DNA of 64,000 nucleotides from Candidatus Latescibacterota bacterium (GTDB lineage: Bacteria; Latescibacterota; UBA2968; UBA8231): the NCBI GenBank assembly GCA_965197905.1, contig CBDAOB010000004.1, positions 1,632,001 to 1,696,000 on the forward strand. Direction: 5' to 3'. Below the pieces are notes generated by a model. That model was not told the origin of the DNA and made no database searches. It saw only the letters and a program-made list of their open reading frames with translations. The position numbers and the translations under genes were made by a program. Position 1 is the first letter of the stretch; every line of letters begins with the position of its first letter. This document shows, piece by piece, positions 20,010 through 30,284 of this stretch.

Positions 20010-20564
20010 TTACTCTACGCGGGCAAGATGCATGTCGTGAGCCTGCTGGGCCTCGCCGTCCTGAAACATGGTCCACCGTTGAACGATGTTGTCCTTGTCC
20101 ACCATAGACAGCGCCATGGAATGCATATGCATCCCCTTGGCCGCATCGAGCTCGTTGTCCTCGGAAAATATGAACAGTATTTTACCATCTTCGGTAGCCT
20201 GGAGATCCATGCGGGGCTGATTCCCCAGCATGCAGTAATGAGTCATGGAAAGCTTGCCGCTGCGATCGTGATAGACGCTGACCATCTCCATCGGGGTGCC
20301 CGGGCCAAAGGTCTCGAGAATGGCGCTCCCACCGGCGGTGAGGTGATAAGAGACGCGCATCTTCTGCATCATTTTCGCATGCTCCTCGGGCATCTCTTCT
20401 CCCTTGCCCTTCATCGGCATATCGCCCTCCCAGACCCCAACCAGCCCCTTCATGCGCTCAAACTCGGCGGATCCCTGATACGGTTGCATCTCCATCTGCG
20501 CTGAGACCAGCTGCGGAGCCATTATTAAAAAGGCCGCCAGGACAAGAGCCGGTAGATTCTTCAT
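20010..20564 (-). CDS. Secreted hypothetical protein (Met/His-rich, lipocalin-like beta-barrel suspected)
   Basis: AGGAGG RBS, signal peptide, FERMKGLVGVWEG, EMVSVYH, MTHYCMLGNQPRM, HMH. Confidence 0.8.
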   Translation of the reverse strand: MKNLPALVLAAFLIMAPQLVSAQMEMQPYQGSAEFERMKGLVGVWEGDMPMKGKGEEMPEEHAKMMQKMRVSYHLTAGGSAILETFGPGTPMEMVSVYHDRSGKLSMTHYCMLGNQPRMDLQATEDGKILFIFSEDNELDAAKGMHMHSMALSMVDKDNIVQRWTMFQDGEAQQAHDMHLARVE

Positions 20565-20666
20565 GATGTGACCTCCTAGGTAAGAGTTATGGTGTGAAGG
20601 TAACTCTGTCGTCCGCTTGATTGAGTTTGCCCTGAACATATACCACAACATCGCGGGTGACCAGAA

Positions 20667-21119
20667 TTAGGAAGCCACGTACTTGCTCAAGTTGACGAAG
20701 CACGCGGTCCAACCCTCCTTGTGGCGCTCGGCACTTTCGCCGGAAGCGAGCTGCGTGTGGGTAAGCTCGATTCTTGTGCCGTCCCCGTCCGGTGACAGCC
20801 GGTAGGTCACCTTCGACTGATGCTCTTCTTCTCCCTCGTCTTCCTCCCAAGCCCAAGTATAACAAAGCAGATTGGGCGGGCTCAGCTCTTCGATGGTCCC
20901 CTTTACCGAGTAGACCTCGCCGTCGGGGGCCTTCATCTCGATGCGGTACTCGCCGCCCACGCGAAGGTCCATTTCCGCAACCGGGACTTCAAACTCCTCG
21001 TGACCAAACCACTTTTTCAGCTCGTCCGCTGACGTCAGCGCGCGGAAGACCCGGTCCGCCGGCGCCGCAACCGTGTGAGTCAAGGTGAGAGATACCCCTT
21101 CAGTTTTTGTTTCGGTCAT
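20667..21119 (-). CDS. SRPBCC/AHA1-domain protein
   Basis: APADRVFRALT..LKKWFG, DLRVGGEYR, GTRIELTH, HKEGW. Confidence 0.92.
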   Translation of the reverse strand: MTETKTEGVSLTLTHTVAAPADRVFRALTSADELKKWFGHEEFEVPVAEMDLRVGGEYRIEMKAPDGEVYSVKGTIEELSPPNLLCYTWAWEEDEGEEEHQSKVTYRLSPDGDGTRIELTHTQLASGESAERHKEGWTACFVNLSKYVAS

Positions 21120-21444
21120 CTGTTTCCTCCTCAAGGTGGGTGTCCAACGCCTGCAACCGGCGGCGCCAGAAGAGTTTGTATTTGGCGAGGAACTGCTCCG
21201 CCTCCGCCAGGGGTGCCTGATTGACGCGGCATAGATTGTTGCGGCCGTTTCTGCGCCTCATCAAAAGACCTGCGCGCTCCAGAACCACCAAGTGTTTGGA
21301 TATGGCGGGCTGGGTAATGGTGAAGTTTGCGGTCAGATCCTTGACCGCCACCTCTTCTGGACCAATCTGCTCCAGAATAGACCTTCGGGTGGTGTCGGAT
21401 AAGGCGGCAAAGATCAGACTCAACTGTTCAGGACGCATAACCAT
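21100..21444 (-). CDS. ArsR-family transcriptional regulator
   Basis: FAALSDTTRRSIL, ITQPAISKHLVVLERAGL, FWRRRLQAL; coupled to the SRPBCC gene. Confidence 0.93.
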   Translation of the reverse strand: MVMRPEQLSLIFAALSDTTRRSILEQIGPEEVAVKDLTANFTITQPAISKHLVVLERAGLLMRRRNGRNNLCRVNQAPLAEAEQFLAKYKLFWRRRLQALDTHLEEETDDRNKN

Positions 21445-21657
21445 CGGGTTATTAATTAATGTCTGAAACGGACCGTGTCAAGAAATTTTCTGGGACTCGC
21501 GATATTTTTCGGAAGATGTCTAGGGCGGAGACAGGCGTGAAATGGAGGGACGCTTGGGGCGAGCTATTCGTAGTCGCTCACGTTTTCCGAGCGTTGAACA
21601 GCCAGCTCCTTGAGCGTGGCCGGATCGCCGCACCGTTCCTCGCGCACAGCGGCAAAC

Positions 21658-22347
21658 CTATGGGGAATGGAGTGGCGTATCCGATTCGGGAAGTATGACC
21701 TCCAGACGAAAGGAGCCCGTGTTGTTGAGTTTGAATGCAATCTTCGCTCCTACGTAGCTGTCAGACTTGCCGGACGCAAAGGAGAACTCGCAGAGCTCAT
21801 CTCGGGCGACGATCTTGCCATCGTCGCGAACGATGCTGTATTCCAGCGTTCGTTTAGAGTCCTCGTTGCTCTGGCCGCGTTTGAGGTACATGAAAAGATT
21901 GGCGAATATGGATCCGTCGTTGCCCATCGCGACGCGGTCCGGGTATAGACTGTTGAAGAAGAAATGACGCACGGCTAGTCCGTCGACAAAATGCAGCTCT
22001 TCGTGGGGTTCGACATGGAAGCTCCCCTCCGGTTCGATCTCTACGGCGTAGCTACGATCGTCCTCCACCAGCTCATTGAGCGCCTTGGCCACGTCGGCGG
22101 CAGCCAGGGTTGCGGCATACTGCGATCCGTACTTCTGCCATACTTGCATCTCCGGCCCTTCGGCCCAACTCTTGGACTGTTCCGCATCTCTAACAGTTTG
22201 AATCAGCAGGACATCCGCCGTCGCCGAGGGACGAAAGATGCTGTACCGTGTTTGATGGTCCGTGGAAAACCAGCCGGTGAGGGCTTCGCGGGTTTCCTTG
22301 GCAGACAGGGTGTTTTGTTCGACGTGACTGGTCATTCGGTTTTTCAT
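21658..22347 (-). CDS. Hypothetical protein
   Basis: 229-aa ORF with GAAGGG RBS; no motif recognised. Confidence 0.65.
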   Translation of the reverse strand: MKNRMTSHVEQNTLSAKETREALTGWFSTDHQTRYSIFRPSATADVLLIQTVRDAEQSKSWAEGPEMQVWQKYGSQYAATLAAADVAKALNELVEDDRSYAVEIEPEGSFHVEPHEELHFVDGLAVRHFFFNSLYPDRVAMGNDGSIFANLFMYLKRGQSNEDSKRTLEYSIVRDDGKIVARDELCEFSFASGKSDSYVGAKIAFKLNNTGSFRLEVILPESDTPLHSP

Positions 22348-22521
22348 CCCTTCGTGAATGGCGGGATCGGGTGCCCGTCGATGTAGCATAAGGCCACCGG
22401 TGGGGCTCGGTCAAGACTGCTGGCTCCCTCCGATTGACGTCCCCAGGGACCGGTTTTATACCTTCCAGGACGGCGGCGTGCCGCCGGAAGAGGCCTAGGT
22501 GAACGGGGAAAGGAGTTTCCA

Positions 22522-22995
22522 ATGGCGAAGAAATACTGGCTTATGAAATGCGAAGAAAGTGAGTGTAGGTTCGAGGAGTTGAAGGAGCGTCCCGGCGGCG
22601 TCGGACATTGGCGGGGGGTGCGCAATTACCAGGCGCGCAACTTCCTGCGCCACGAGATGGCCAAAGGGGACCTGGTGTTGTTTTACAACTCCAACTGCGA
22701 GACGCCTGGTGTAGGCGGGGTGGCGGAAATCGCCCGCGCCGGCTACCCCGATCCCAGTGCGTTCGATACCTCCAGTCCCTACTACGACGACAAGTCCAAC
22801 CCCGACGAACCCCGCTGGTTCTCTGTAGACGTAAAATGGAAACGTCCCTTCAAGCGGTTTGTCCCGCTGTCGGACCTGAAGGCTGCTCCCGAACTCGCGG
22901 AGATGAAGGTCGTGCAGCGGGGTCAGAGGTTGTCGATCCAGCCGGTCACCAAGACCGAATTCAACTTCGTCTGTAAACTTGGGAGCCGCACCTAG
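22522..22995 (+). CDS. EVE-domain protein
   Basis: YWLMKCE, W.GVRNYQARNFLR, GDLVLFYNS, YYDDKS, RLSIQPVT. Confidence 0.95.
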   Translation: MAKKYWLMKCEESECRFEELKERPGGVGHWRGVRNYQARNFLRHEMAKGDLVLFYNSNCETPGVGGVAEIARAGYPDPSAFDTSSPYYDDKSNPDEPRWFSVDVKWKRPFKRFVPLSDLKAAPELAEMKVVQRGQRLSIQPVTKTEFNFVCKLGSRT

Positions 22996-23020
22996 AGACC
23001 TCCGGTCCGCACGGCAACGG

Positions 23021-24088
23021 CTACAGATCGAACCGCAACTGACTGGGAACGGAGCGAAAATGCGCGGTCGACAGTTCGTGCTCGTTGCGGTGGTCCAGAC
23101 CGTGTCGGCGCAGGGACAGTGCGAACAGATCCTCGATCAGGGTGGCGAACCGACCCTCGCCTCGCATGCGGGTAAAGAACCGATTTTCGGATAGATGTCC
23201 GCCTCGCACACTGCGCAGCCGCGCTTCGATCTTCGACGCGCGGTCGGGAAAGTGGCGTTTCAGCCATTCCATGAAGAGTGGTTCGAGCGCCCCGGGCAGC
23301 CGCACCATGATATAGCTTGCCCAACGCGCCCCGGCGGCGGCGGCCGCGGCGAGGATCGCCGGCATCTCCGGGTCGTTGAGACCGGGAATGAGAGGCGCTA
23401 TCATCACACCCACCGGAATTCCCCGTTGCGCCAGCGACTCCACGGCGCGCAGGCGTCGACGGGGCCGGGAAGTGCGGGGTTCCATGACGCCGGCCAGATC
23501 GGTGTCCATGCTGGTGATCGACAGGTTGATGTGCACCAGGTCGAAGGCCGCCAATTCCGCCAAGATATCGAGATCGCGGGTGACCAGCTCGTTTTTGGTG
23601 ATGATGGCAACCGGATTGCGATACTTGAGAAACACCTCAAGGCATCGGCGGGTGAGTTGGAGCTGGCGTTCGACCGGTTGATAGCAGTCGGTATTCCCGG
23701 AGAGCGCTACCACCTGAGGGTTCCAGGTAGAGCGTTGAAACGTTTGTTCCAGCAGCTTGGGAGCGTCTTTTTTGACCAGAATCCGCGTTTCGAAATCGAG
23801 GCCAGCGGAGAACCCCAAATATTCATGGGTAGGACGCGCGTAACAATAGATACAGCCGTGCTCGCACCCGCGATAAGGATTTAAGCTGTACTGGAAACCG
23901 ACGTCGGGGCTGTCATTGCGCGCAAGCACCGTACGGGAATCGTCGAGCAGGAACTCGGTGGGGACGGCGTGCGGCTGGTTCTCCTCGGTGACATCCAGCT
24001 CGAGGTGCAGGCGCTCAAAGCGATTGGGCACGGCCGAGCCGGTGCTGCGGCCTCTCGGGCTCCACGTTTGAGACGATGGGGGATACAT
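23021..24088 (-). CDS. PA0069/Rv2578c-family radical SAM protein (SplB-like, putative DNA repair)
   Basis: NDSPDVGF..SLNPYRGCEHGCIYCYARPTHEYLG, GNTDCYQPVE; ends QLRFDL. Confidence 0.93.
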   Translation of the reverse strand: MYPPSSQTWSPRGRSTGSAVPNRFERLHLELDVTEENQPHAVPTEFLLDDSRTVLARNDSPDVGFQYSLNPYRGCEHGCIYCYARPTHEYLGFSAGLDFETRILVKKDAPKLLEQTFQRSTWNPQVVALSGNTDCYQPVERQLQLTRRCLEVFLKYRNPVAIITKNELVTRDLDILAELAAFDLVHINLSITSMDTDLAGVMEPRTSRPRRRLRAVESLAQRGIPVGVMIAPLIPGLNDPEMPAILAAAAAAGARWASYIMVRLPGALEPLFMEWLKRHFPDRASKIEARLRSVRGGHLSENRFFTRMRGEGRFATLIEDLFALSLRRHGLDHRNEHELSTAHFRSVPSQLRFDL

Positions 24089-24181
24089 GCGGTGCAGACC
24101 TCCGGTCATAGCGACTGCATCCCTTGCGGTCGCTGCTATCCGTCTAGAAAACGGTGGTCATAAAACCTTGTCAACGAAACC

Positions 24182-24637
24182 ATGCTGATAGGTTTGATCT
24201 CGGACACCCACGGTCTGTTGCGGCCGGAAGCGCTTGAAAGGTTAGCGGGTAGCGATCTGATCGTTCACGCCGGAGACGTGGGCCGCAAGGATATCCTGGA
24301 CGAGCTTCGAGGCGTGGCGCCCTTGATCGTGGTGCGTGGAAACGTCGACCGCGATCCGTGGGCGGCGCGGCTGCCCGAGTCCGAGGTGGTGGACGTGGAC
24401 GGCAAGAAACTCTTGGTCCTACACGATCTGGGCACGTTGAAAGCTGAGGTGGTGGACGACGTTGATGCGGTCATCTACGGCCATTCCCATGCGGCGCGTA
24501 TCCATTGCGAGGGCGGCGTACTCTACATCAATCCCGGAAGTGCCGGTCCCCGACGGTTCAAACTGTCGGTTACCTTGGGCAAGTTGCGCATTGAAGCGGG
24601 GCGCCTCGGCGCACAGCTCATAGAGCTGGAGATCTAG
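24182..24637 (+). CDS. YfcE-family metallophosphoesterase
   Basis: ISDTHG, HAGDVG, RGNVD, GHSH, NPGSAGPRRF. Confidence 0.93.
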   Translation: MLIGLISDTHGLLRPEALERLAGSDLIVHAGDVGRKDILDELRGVAPLIVVRGNVDRDPWAARLPESEVVDVDGKKLLVLHDLGTLKAEVVDDVDAVIYGHSHAARIHCEGGVLYINPGSAGPRRFKLSVTLGKLRIEAGRLGAQLIELEI

Positions 24638-24718
24638 GGGAAGTCGTGCCGGAAAAATAACCGGAACGGGGGGGCCGGTGAGGGGCGGGAGTACGGGGAG
24701 GTTATTGCCCCATGGAAC

Positions 24719-24973
24719 TCAGTTGAAGCTGCGAATGCAGTTGCCCGCCGCCCACACCTCGACCACCTGGAGATCGCGGCCGTAGGCACCCGCGGTAACT
24801 AGAAAACTTCGTTCGGTCTGTTTGCGCAACAGCTCTCGAACGTTTTCAAGGCGGTCGGCCGTGAACACCTGTTGGCTGGCGAATTTCATGTTGTTGAGCG
24901 CCCCTTCGGAGGCAGTTGCCAGCTGGTCCGGGTCGGTTTCGACCATTTCTACGCGGTAACACTTTCCTTGCAT
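24719..24973 (-). CDS. Small hypothetical protein (84 aa)
   Basis: AGAGGAAA RBS before MQGKCYRVEMVE. Confidence 0.6.
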   Translation of the reverse strand: MQGKCYRVEMVETDPDQLATASEGALNNMKFASQQVFTADRLENVRELLRKQTERSFLVTAGAYGRDLQVVEVWAAGNCIRSFN

Positions 24974-25227
24974 CGGTTTCCTCTTGCGGTGTAGAATGCG
25001 GCATTGAACTATACGTGCCTCCGAAAAGCAATATGTATGCCGTATACCGATTGGGACTGGGGTGCCGGTCTTCCAACCCCGAAGCCCAAGCGGACCCGCT
25101 CTCTGCCGGCGATGCCATTCGCAGGCGAGACCGTGGGCCATATCGGCGCTGTAGATCGCCGTTTGTAAATCACTATGCCGAGTCCGCCTGCCGGTAGATA
25201 TTTCCCCTTTCGCGAGGTGGACGAGCG

Positions 25228-25443
25228 GTGAGCACCGACTGGGTATCTCGGCTGGAGTTTCATCCTCAGGTTGGTGAATGGTTCTTCGAGCAGTACGCCG
25301 CGCCCCAGGGCTTGGGAGCGTACCGCGGCTTGCTGAGCATCTTCTGGTGTCGGCCCGGACGACGGTACCGGCAAAACCTTGGCAGCGTTTCTTTGGGATC
25401 TTCTGAGGGACTCGTTCGATGTCGTCGCAAAGTGGAAAGCTGA
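25228..25443 (+). CDS. Possible small hypothetical protein
   Basis: GAGGTGG upstream of GTG; 71 aa, no motif. Confidence 0.3.
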   Translation: MSTDWVSRLEFHPQVGEWFFEQYAAPQGLGAYRGLLSIFWCRPGRRYRQNLGSVSLGSSEGLVRCRRKVES

Positions 25444-25859
25444 TCCTGTTGCGGTCGTAGCATCATGTGCTCGGGTCGTCTGAAAAACTCAAGGTGTTCA
25501 GGGTACTGCCGATAAGAAAAATGCGTCGCGCTTCGGTACACTACACATGTTGGTTGCGGGCACATTACATCGGTCATGAGCGCGACGCTCGTAGGGGACG
25601 GTTTCCTCCGCCGTCCCCGTTAGTTTTTTCTCTCCCCCTTTGTAGGAACAAGCTTCTTTAAGGCGAACTGCACTCAATGTCTTTGCGGGCAGTCCGCAAT
25701 AGCGCAATTGCGGACGCGTCACGCTTGGCCAGGACTCATTGAGAGACCGTGAGTCCCAACCGACCATAAGCTGAGTCCGTCGGGCACACGTTGTTCCAGA
25801 GATCAATCGACCGATTGGGCGGCGAAACGTCTGGGGTAGAGACGCTTTCGCTGCCGATT

Positions 25860-25886
25860 TAAGGGCGCCACTGGCACGGTCGATAT
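25860..25886 (+). promoter_or_regulatory. sigma28 (FliA)-like promoter
   Basis: TAAG-N15-GTCGATAT versus consensus TAAA-N15-GCCGATAA. Confidence 0.5.
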
Positions 25887-25990
25887 AGTAGAGTAATGAC
25901 TCTCAGGGACGAGACTCAGATGGGGCTCTGGACAGTGAACACACTCCCGCTTTACCTTGTCCAGGGCCCCTCTTCATTTTACCACGAAAC

Positions 25991-26311
25991 ATGAATTTGC
26001 TGGATGATCTGTGCGAACGATTTGCGGACGCGAACAATCCTCTATCCATTCAGGCCGAGGAACTCAGACTCCGGCTCGGGACCGTCGATCTAAGTGAAGC
26101 CCAGGAGTTCTACCGCCTCGTCAGCGAACAGTCGGAGCTTCCGCAGTTGCGCGAACCGCTCGGGTATCTCGAACATCCCTTTGTTCTGTTCGGAGGCGCG
26201 TTTGTGGCACAAACGATGGAAGATCTACGAGCCGGAAGCGCGACGCCACCCAGTTCGTCACGTATTCACTATGTACCCTTAGACGAATACGGCCCCCAGG
26301 ACGAATTCTGA
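25991..26311 (+). CDS. Hypothetical protein
   Basis: 106-aa ORF with protein-like composition. Confidence 0.6.
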   Translation: MNLLDDLCERFADANNPLSIQAEELRLRLGTVDLSEAQEFYRLVSEQSELPQLREPLGYLEHPFVLFGGAFVAQTMEDLRAGSATPPSSSRIHYVPLDEYGPQDEF

Positions 26312-26414
26312 GTGCTACGGTCGTCGGAAACGAGAGAGGCGGGCGCGGGCGGTTGGTTGCACCGGAGGCGGTGCTAGCTCCTGACCCAGGGGGCACACAT
26401 CGCTGAAGATGGAA

Positions 26415-26603
26415 TTAAACGGCCTGCATGATGTCGGTTGGAAGGCACTTCAAATCGCGGCAAAGACCCAACAAGACGTACGGAGTCACTCCATCGGGGC
26501 CCTTATCTACCGTCCGCTTGATATACTGGTAGGCATCTTGGGGCAACGCAGTCTGTCGTTCTTGAAGAAGCTGTTCGATGGCATCTTTCTTAAACTGTTT
26601 CAT
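26415..26603 (-). CDS. Small protein, possible degenerate Cro/C1-type HTH
   Basis: AAGGGGA RBS; C-terminal LLGLCRDLKCLPTDIM resembles the XRE helix 4-5 pattern. Confidence 0.6.
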   Translation of the reverse strand: MKQFKKDAIEQLLQERQTALPQDAYQYIKRTVDKGPDGVTPYVLLGLCRDLKCLPTDIMQAV

Positions 26604-26730
26604 GCGACGAATCCCTTTTGCAGGGGGAGGGTTGTTTATGGAGGCGAGACTGGAGCGGGGATGGAACAAGGCCAAGGGTAACGATCTGGTCACGAATAGG
26701 CAAGCTGGAGATGCGCGACTAAACGCTTGT

Positions 26731-27000
26731 TCAACTCGCCTTCGCCGCGAGCGGGGCGGCGATGGGGTAGGCGTTGTCCAATTGGCCGGTGTTACGCGGC
26801 CCCTTGCTAAAGGTTACCAGCGAGTTGCTGCTGCTGAACGTCCAACCATCATCGTCGCAGAACTCAGCCAGTTTTTGCGCCAGCTCCATGGTGGTTTGCG
26901 CCTGCAGCGCATCCCGTATCCATGGGCGCGGTAGCAGTACATTGATCAGACCCTGGCGAAAACCCTGGCGCACTAGTTGTGCAAGCTCTTCGATATCCAT
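26731..27000 (-). CDS. Small hypothetical protein (89 aa)
   Basis: MDIEELAQLVRQGFRQG...; divergent from sfsA. Confidence 0.55.
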   Translation of the reverse strand: MDIEELAQLVRQGFRQGLINVLLPRPWIRDALQAQTTMELAQKLAEFCDDDGWTFSSSNSLVTFSKGPRNTGQLDNAYPIAAPLAAKAS

Positions 27001-27108
27001 GAGCTGCGGCTGCAGCAACGTCGCGTTGTGAGGAGAGGAGGCGGGATGACGGTGCGAAATGTAGACGGGGCTTGCCGACGCGTCAACCAGTCTGAGCGCA
27101 GAAACTTG

Positions 27109-27801
27109 GTGCGTTTTCAGGGCAAAACCACTCGCGCCAGGTTGATGCGCAGGTACAAGCGTTTCCTGGCCGATGTTCGGGACGAGGCTGGCGAGTTGTT
27201 GACCGTCCACTGTGCCAATTCCGGATCGATGTTGGGATGCGATGCACCGGATTCGGAGGTACTGATTTCGGAGAGCCCCAATCGAAAACGCAAGCTGCGC
27301 CACACTTGGGAGCTGGTCCGCGTTGGCCGTTCGTGGGTGGGCATCAACACCATGATGCCCAACCGTGTGGTGGAAGAAGCCGTGCACGGTGGTCACATCG
27401 AAGAGCTTCGTGGATTCCGCACCATCCGCCGGGAAGTGTCCTACGGCCGCAACAGTCGCGTGGACCTGCGATTGGAAAATCCCGGAATCTGCTACGTGGA
27501 GGTCAAGAATGTGACCCTCGCTCGCGGCAAGGTCGCGCAGTTCCCCGACGCGGTAACGGCGCGGGGCGCAAAACATTTGTCAGAGCTGGGCGCTATGGTG
27601 GGGTGCGGGCACCGGGCCGTGATGTTCTTTCTGGTCAACCGAGGTGACTGTGCGCGCATGGAGCCGGCGCGCGATATCGACCCCCATTACGCGGAAGAGC
27701 TGGGGCGGGCGGTGGCGACCGGCGTTGAAGTGATCGTGTATCGTGCCCGGGTAGGCGTGCGCGGTATAAGAGTAGCGGAGAGAATTCCGTTTAGGCTTTA
27801 G
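27109..27801 (+). CDS. sfsA: DNA/RNA nuclease SfsA (OB + PD-(D/E)XK)
   Basis: RRYKRFLADV, HCANSGSM, SRVDL, YVEVKNVTL, FPDAVTARGAKHL. Confidence 0.96.
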   Translation: MRFQGKTTRARLMRRYKRFLADVRDEAGELLTVHCANSGSMLGCDAPDSEVLISESPNRKRKLRHTWELVRVGRSWVGINTMMPNRVVEEAVHGGHIEELRGFRTIRREVSYGRNSRVDLRLENPGICYVEVKNVTLARGKVAQFPDAVTARGAKHLSELGAMVGCGHRAVMFFLVNRGDCARMEPARDIDPHYAEELGRAVATGVEVIVYRARVGVRGIRVAERIPFRL

Positions 27802-30154
27802 TAGGCGCCGCAGTCGGCGCGAAAAGATCCAGCACGCCTTTGACGGCTCCGTCCACATCAAAAGGCATCACTGCCGCCAGCGTGCGCAGCAGCGGCTCGA
27901 TCTGGGTTTTGATGTAGTGCTCGTAGTCCAGTTCCGCGCTGACATGGTTTACCGGTTGCGGTCCCTGGACGGTCATTACGTAGGCAATTACGCCGCTGGG
28001 ATTCTTCATTAGCCGGGCCGCTCTCACATGAGGCGGAACCGCGCGTTTGTAGGCATCCACCGGTTTGCGGAGATTCTTGCGGTAGACCAGATCCGCATCC
28101 TTCTCCCCTCGCCGCAACGCTTCGATCCAGCGGACCACATGGGATTCAATGGCAGCGGCGGTTGCATCCTGAAAGAGCAGCGCCAGTAACTGCCGTTGCA
28201 GCAGGTGGGCCATCGGGGTCCAGTCGCGGCGCACCGCCTCCATGCCAACTACCTCCACCTCGCCGCTGACCAGCAACCCGGCGTATCCCTTCGCTCTTCC
28301 CCCGGTGCCGTGTCGCATGGGAGGAAGCAGGAGTCGTCTGTAGAGTTTCTCGAATTCCAGTTCGAGGTGGGACTCCACGTGCCATTTTTCCTGAATGTGG
28401 TTTTGCAACTCCTCGTTGACCCACGCGCACAGCTCACTCCCTCGGTGATGAACCGTCTCATCGTCGCTGCTGGCGAGATGGGCGTCGACAAACAGCGAAT
28501 CCGTGTCGCCGTATAGGACTTGACACCCCGCTTCTTCCAAGAGACTTCGAGCCCAGCGCAGCAAGTAGTGACCAAACTCGGTGATGGCGCCGGCGATGGC
28601 GCCGCGTGCGAAACGGCAGGCATCGGTGGCCAACACTCCGTAAAAGGAGTTCATAAGAATCTTATAGGTTTGGGAAGCGAGCTGATTGCCCCCCGCGCGC
28701 GCTTGTGCTCGGTGCTCAAAAAACACGGAGAGGAGGCGTGGCAAGATGGCGGGCTCGCGATCGAAGGTCGCGCCGTTGGGCGCGCGTATGGGATCGCCGG
28801 CTTCGGCGCGCACAAAAGAGAGGGGATCAATGTTGAATGTGCGAATGATGGAAGGGTACAAGCTCTTGAAATCGAACACGAAGACTTGGTGGTAGAGACC
28901 CGGTTCGGGTGACATGACCAAGCCACCCGGGGCGCCGCTGCGTTGGCGATCAACGCCGAGGGTGGGAGCCACCAGGCCGCTGCGGCGCAGTTCGCTGATG
29001 TAGAGAAACTCGAAGGCGGGAATGCTGCCCCACGCTCGATCCAGGGGCAACCCGGTAAGCATGCTGCGTTGCAGCGTCAAGGGGATGATCTCCTCCTTCT
29101 CCAGGAGATCGCCTACCAAACGCGCGTCTTCCAGACAATAACTCGCGAAAGCAGTCCGGTCGTCGCGGTAGGCTCGTTCGATGCACGCCGCCATATCCTC
29201 ATCGTCTGCCGCTTCCAAGGTTTTTCCGCGACCGAGGATGTGCCGGGCGACCGTGTCCAGGCGGTAGTCCTCGAAGCGCTGGGTAGTTGCGCGTACCAGA
29301 TGCAGCGCGTCCAGCACCTGACGTCCGGGCACGACGACCCGGCTGCCGCCCCAGGAACGGCCTTCGTGCACCCGGGCTGTTTCCTCGGAGCGTCCAATGG
29401 TGAACGGGATGCCGTGCGTTTGGAAACGTTGCTGCAAAACGGGGAAGTCGAAATCGATGACGTTCCAGCCAGTCAGGATATCGGGATCCCACTCGCGTAC
29501 GGTAGCGGCCAACGCCCGCAGCAGGGCTGGCTCGTCCGCGTGACACCGCGTTTCCTCAGTATCGGCCGGGTTTGGGTGCCCCACGAGGTGAACCCGCTCC
29601 AGCGATTCTTCACCGGGCGCGCGGAGCACGAATGATACCGCGTAGACCGTCGTTGCCCGCTGGTCGGTCTCGATGTCCAGGACGAGAGTGGACAAACGGG
29701 GATCGTATGCCGATGCCGAAATCGCGGGGTTTTTGTAGACGCGACCGACGCGGGTGCCGCGGGTGTACTCTCCTTCGATACAGACGGTCGTGCGAATTTC
29801 CCAGCGCATTTGGTACTGCCAGGTGAGACTCAGGTCCGCCTCATAGGTGCGAATCTCGGCCTCGACCAACACGGTTGCCAGGTCGCGCAGGCGGTACTGT
29901 TTGGGGCATGAAACACGGATGGTGGGGGCGCCGTCCATAGTGGTCTCGGTGGCCGGCTCAAGGTCGATCTCCGGACCCGCGAAATCGCGCACGCGGGTTT
30001 CGTCTTCGAGGCGAATAAAGAAGCGCGCGTGCAAGCGGTCGTCGTGGATGGCGAAGGTCTCGCCACCCTCCAGCTTGCCGAGGGCACAGACGGTAGACTG
30101 GTGATTTAGTTCGCGGGTGTAGAGGTGGAGCAGAACTCCGCGCTCCGCGCTCAT
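27791..30154 (-). CDS. polB: DNA polymerase II (family B)
   Basis: LDIET, GWNVIDFD, YCLED exo motifs; DFKSLYPS, KILMNSFYG, YGDTDS. Confidence 0.96.
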   Translation of the reverse strand: MSAERGVLLHLYTRELNHQSTVCALGKLEGGETFAIHDDRLHARFFIRLEDETRVRDFAGPEIDLEPATETTMDGAPTIRVSCPKQYRLRDLATVLVEAEIRTYEADLSLTWQYQMRWEIRTTVCIEGEYTRGTRVGRVYKNPAISASAYDPRLSTLVLDIETDQRATTVYAVSFVLRAPGEESLERVHLVGHPNPADTEETRCHADEPALLRALAATVREWDPDILTGWNVIDFDFPVLQQRFQTHGIPFTIGRSEETARVHEGRSWGGSRVVVPGRQVLDALHLVRATTQRFEDYRLDTVARHILGRGKTLEAADDEDMAACIERAYRDDRTAFASYCLEDARLVGDLLEKEEIIPLTLQRSMLTGLPLDRAWGSIPAFEFLYISELRRSGLVAPTLGVDRQRSGAPGGLVMSPEPGLYHQVFVFDFKSLYPSIIRTFNIDPLSFVRAEAGDPIRAPNGATFDREPAILPRLLSVFFEHRAQARAGGNQLASQTYKILMNSFYGVLATDACRFARGAIAGAITEFGHYLLRWARSLLEEAGCQVLYGDTDSLFVDAHLASSDDETVHHRGSELCAWVNEELQNHIQEKWHVESHLELEFEKLYRRLLLPPMRHGTGGRAKGYAGLLVSGEVEVVGMEAVRRDWTPMAHLLQRQLLALLFQDATAAAIESHVVRWIEALRRGEKDADLVYRKNLRKPVDAYKRAVPPHVRAARLMKNPSGVIAYVMTVQGPQPVNHVSAELDYEHYIKTQIEPLLRTLAAVMPFDVDGAVKGVLDLFAPTAAPTKA

Positions 30155-30284
30155 CGGTTCGCGCTCCAACCGTTGCCAGGGGAACGGCTTCGGTCCCGCC
30201 ACGCGGCGGCTCCGCGGCTAGTCAGCGCTGCGGAAACCTCGAACAAAGGGTTCGTGCGCCATGTGCACCGACTCTGGCCGTTGT

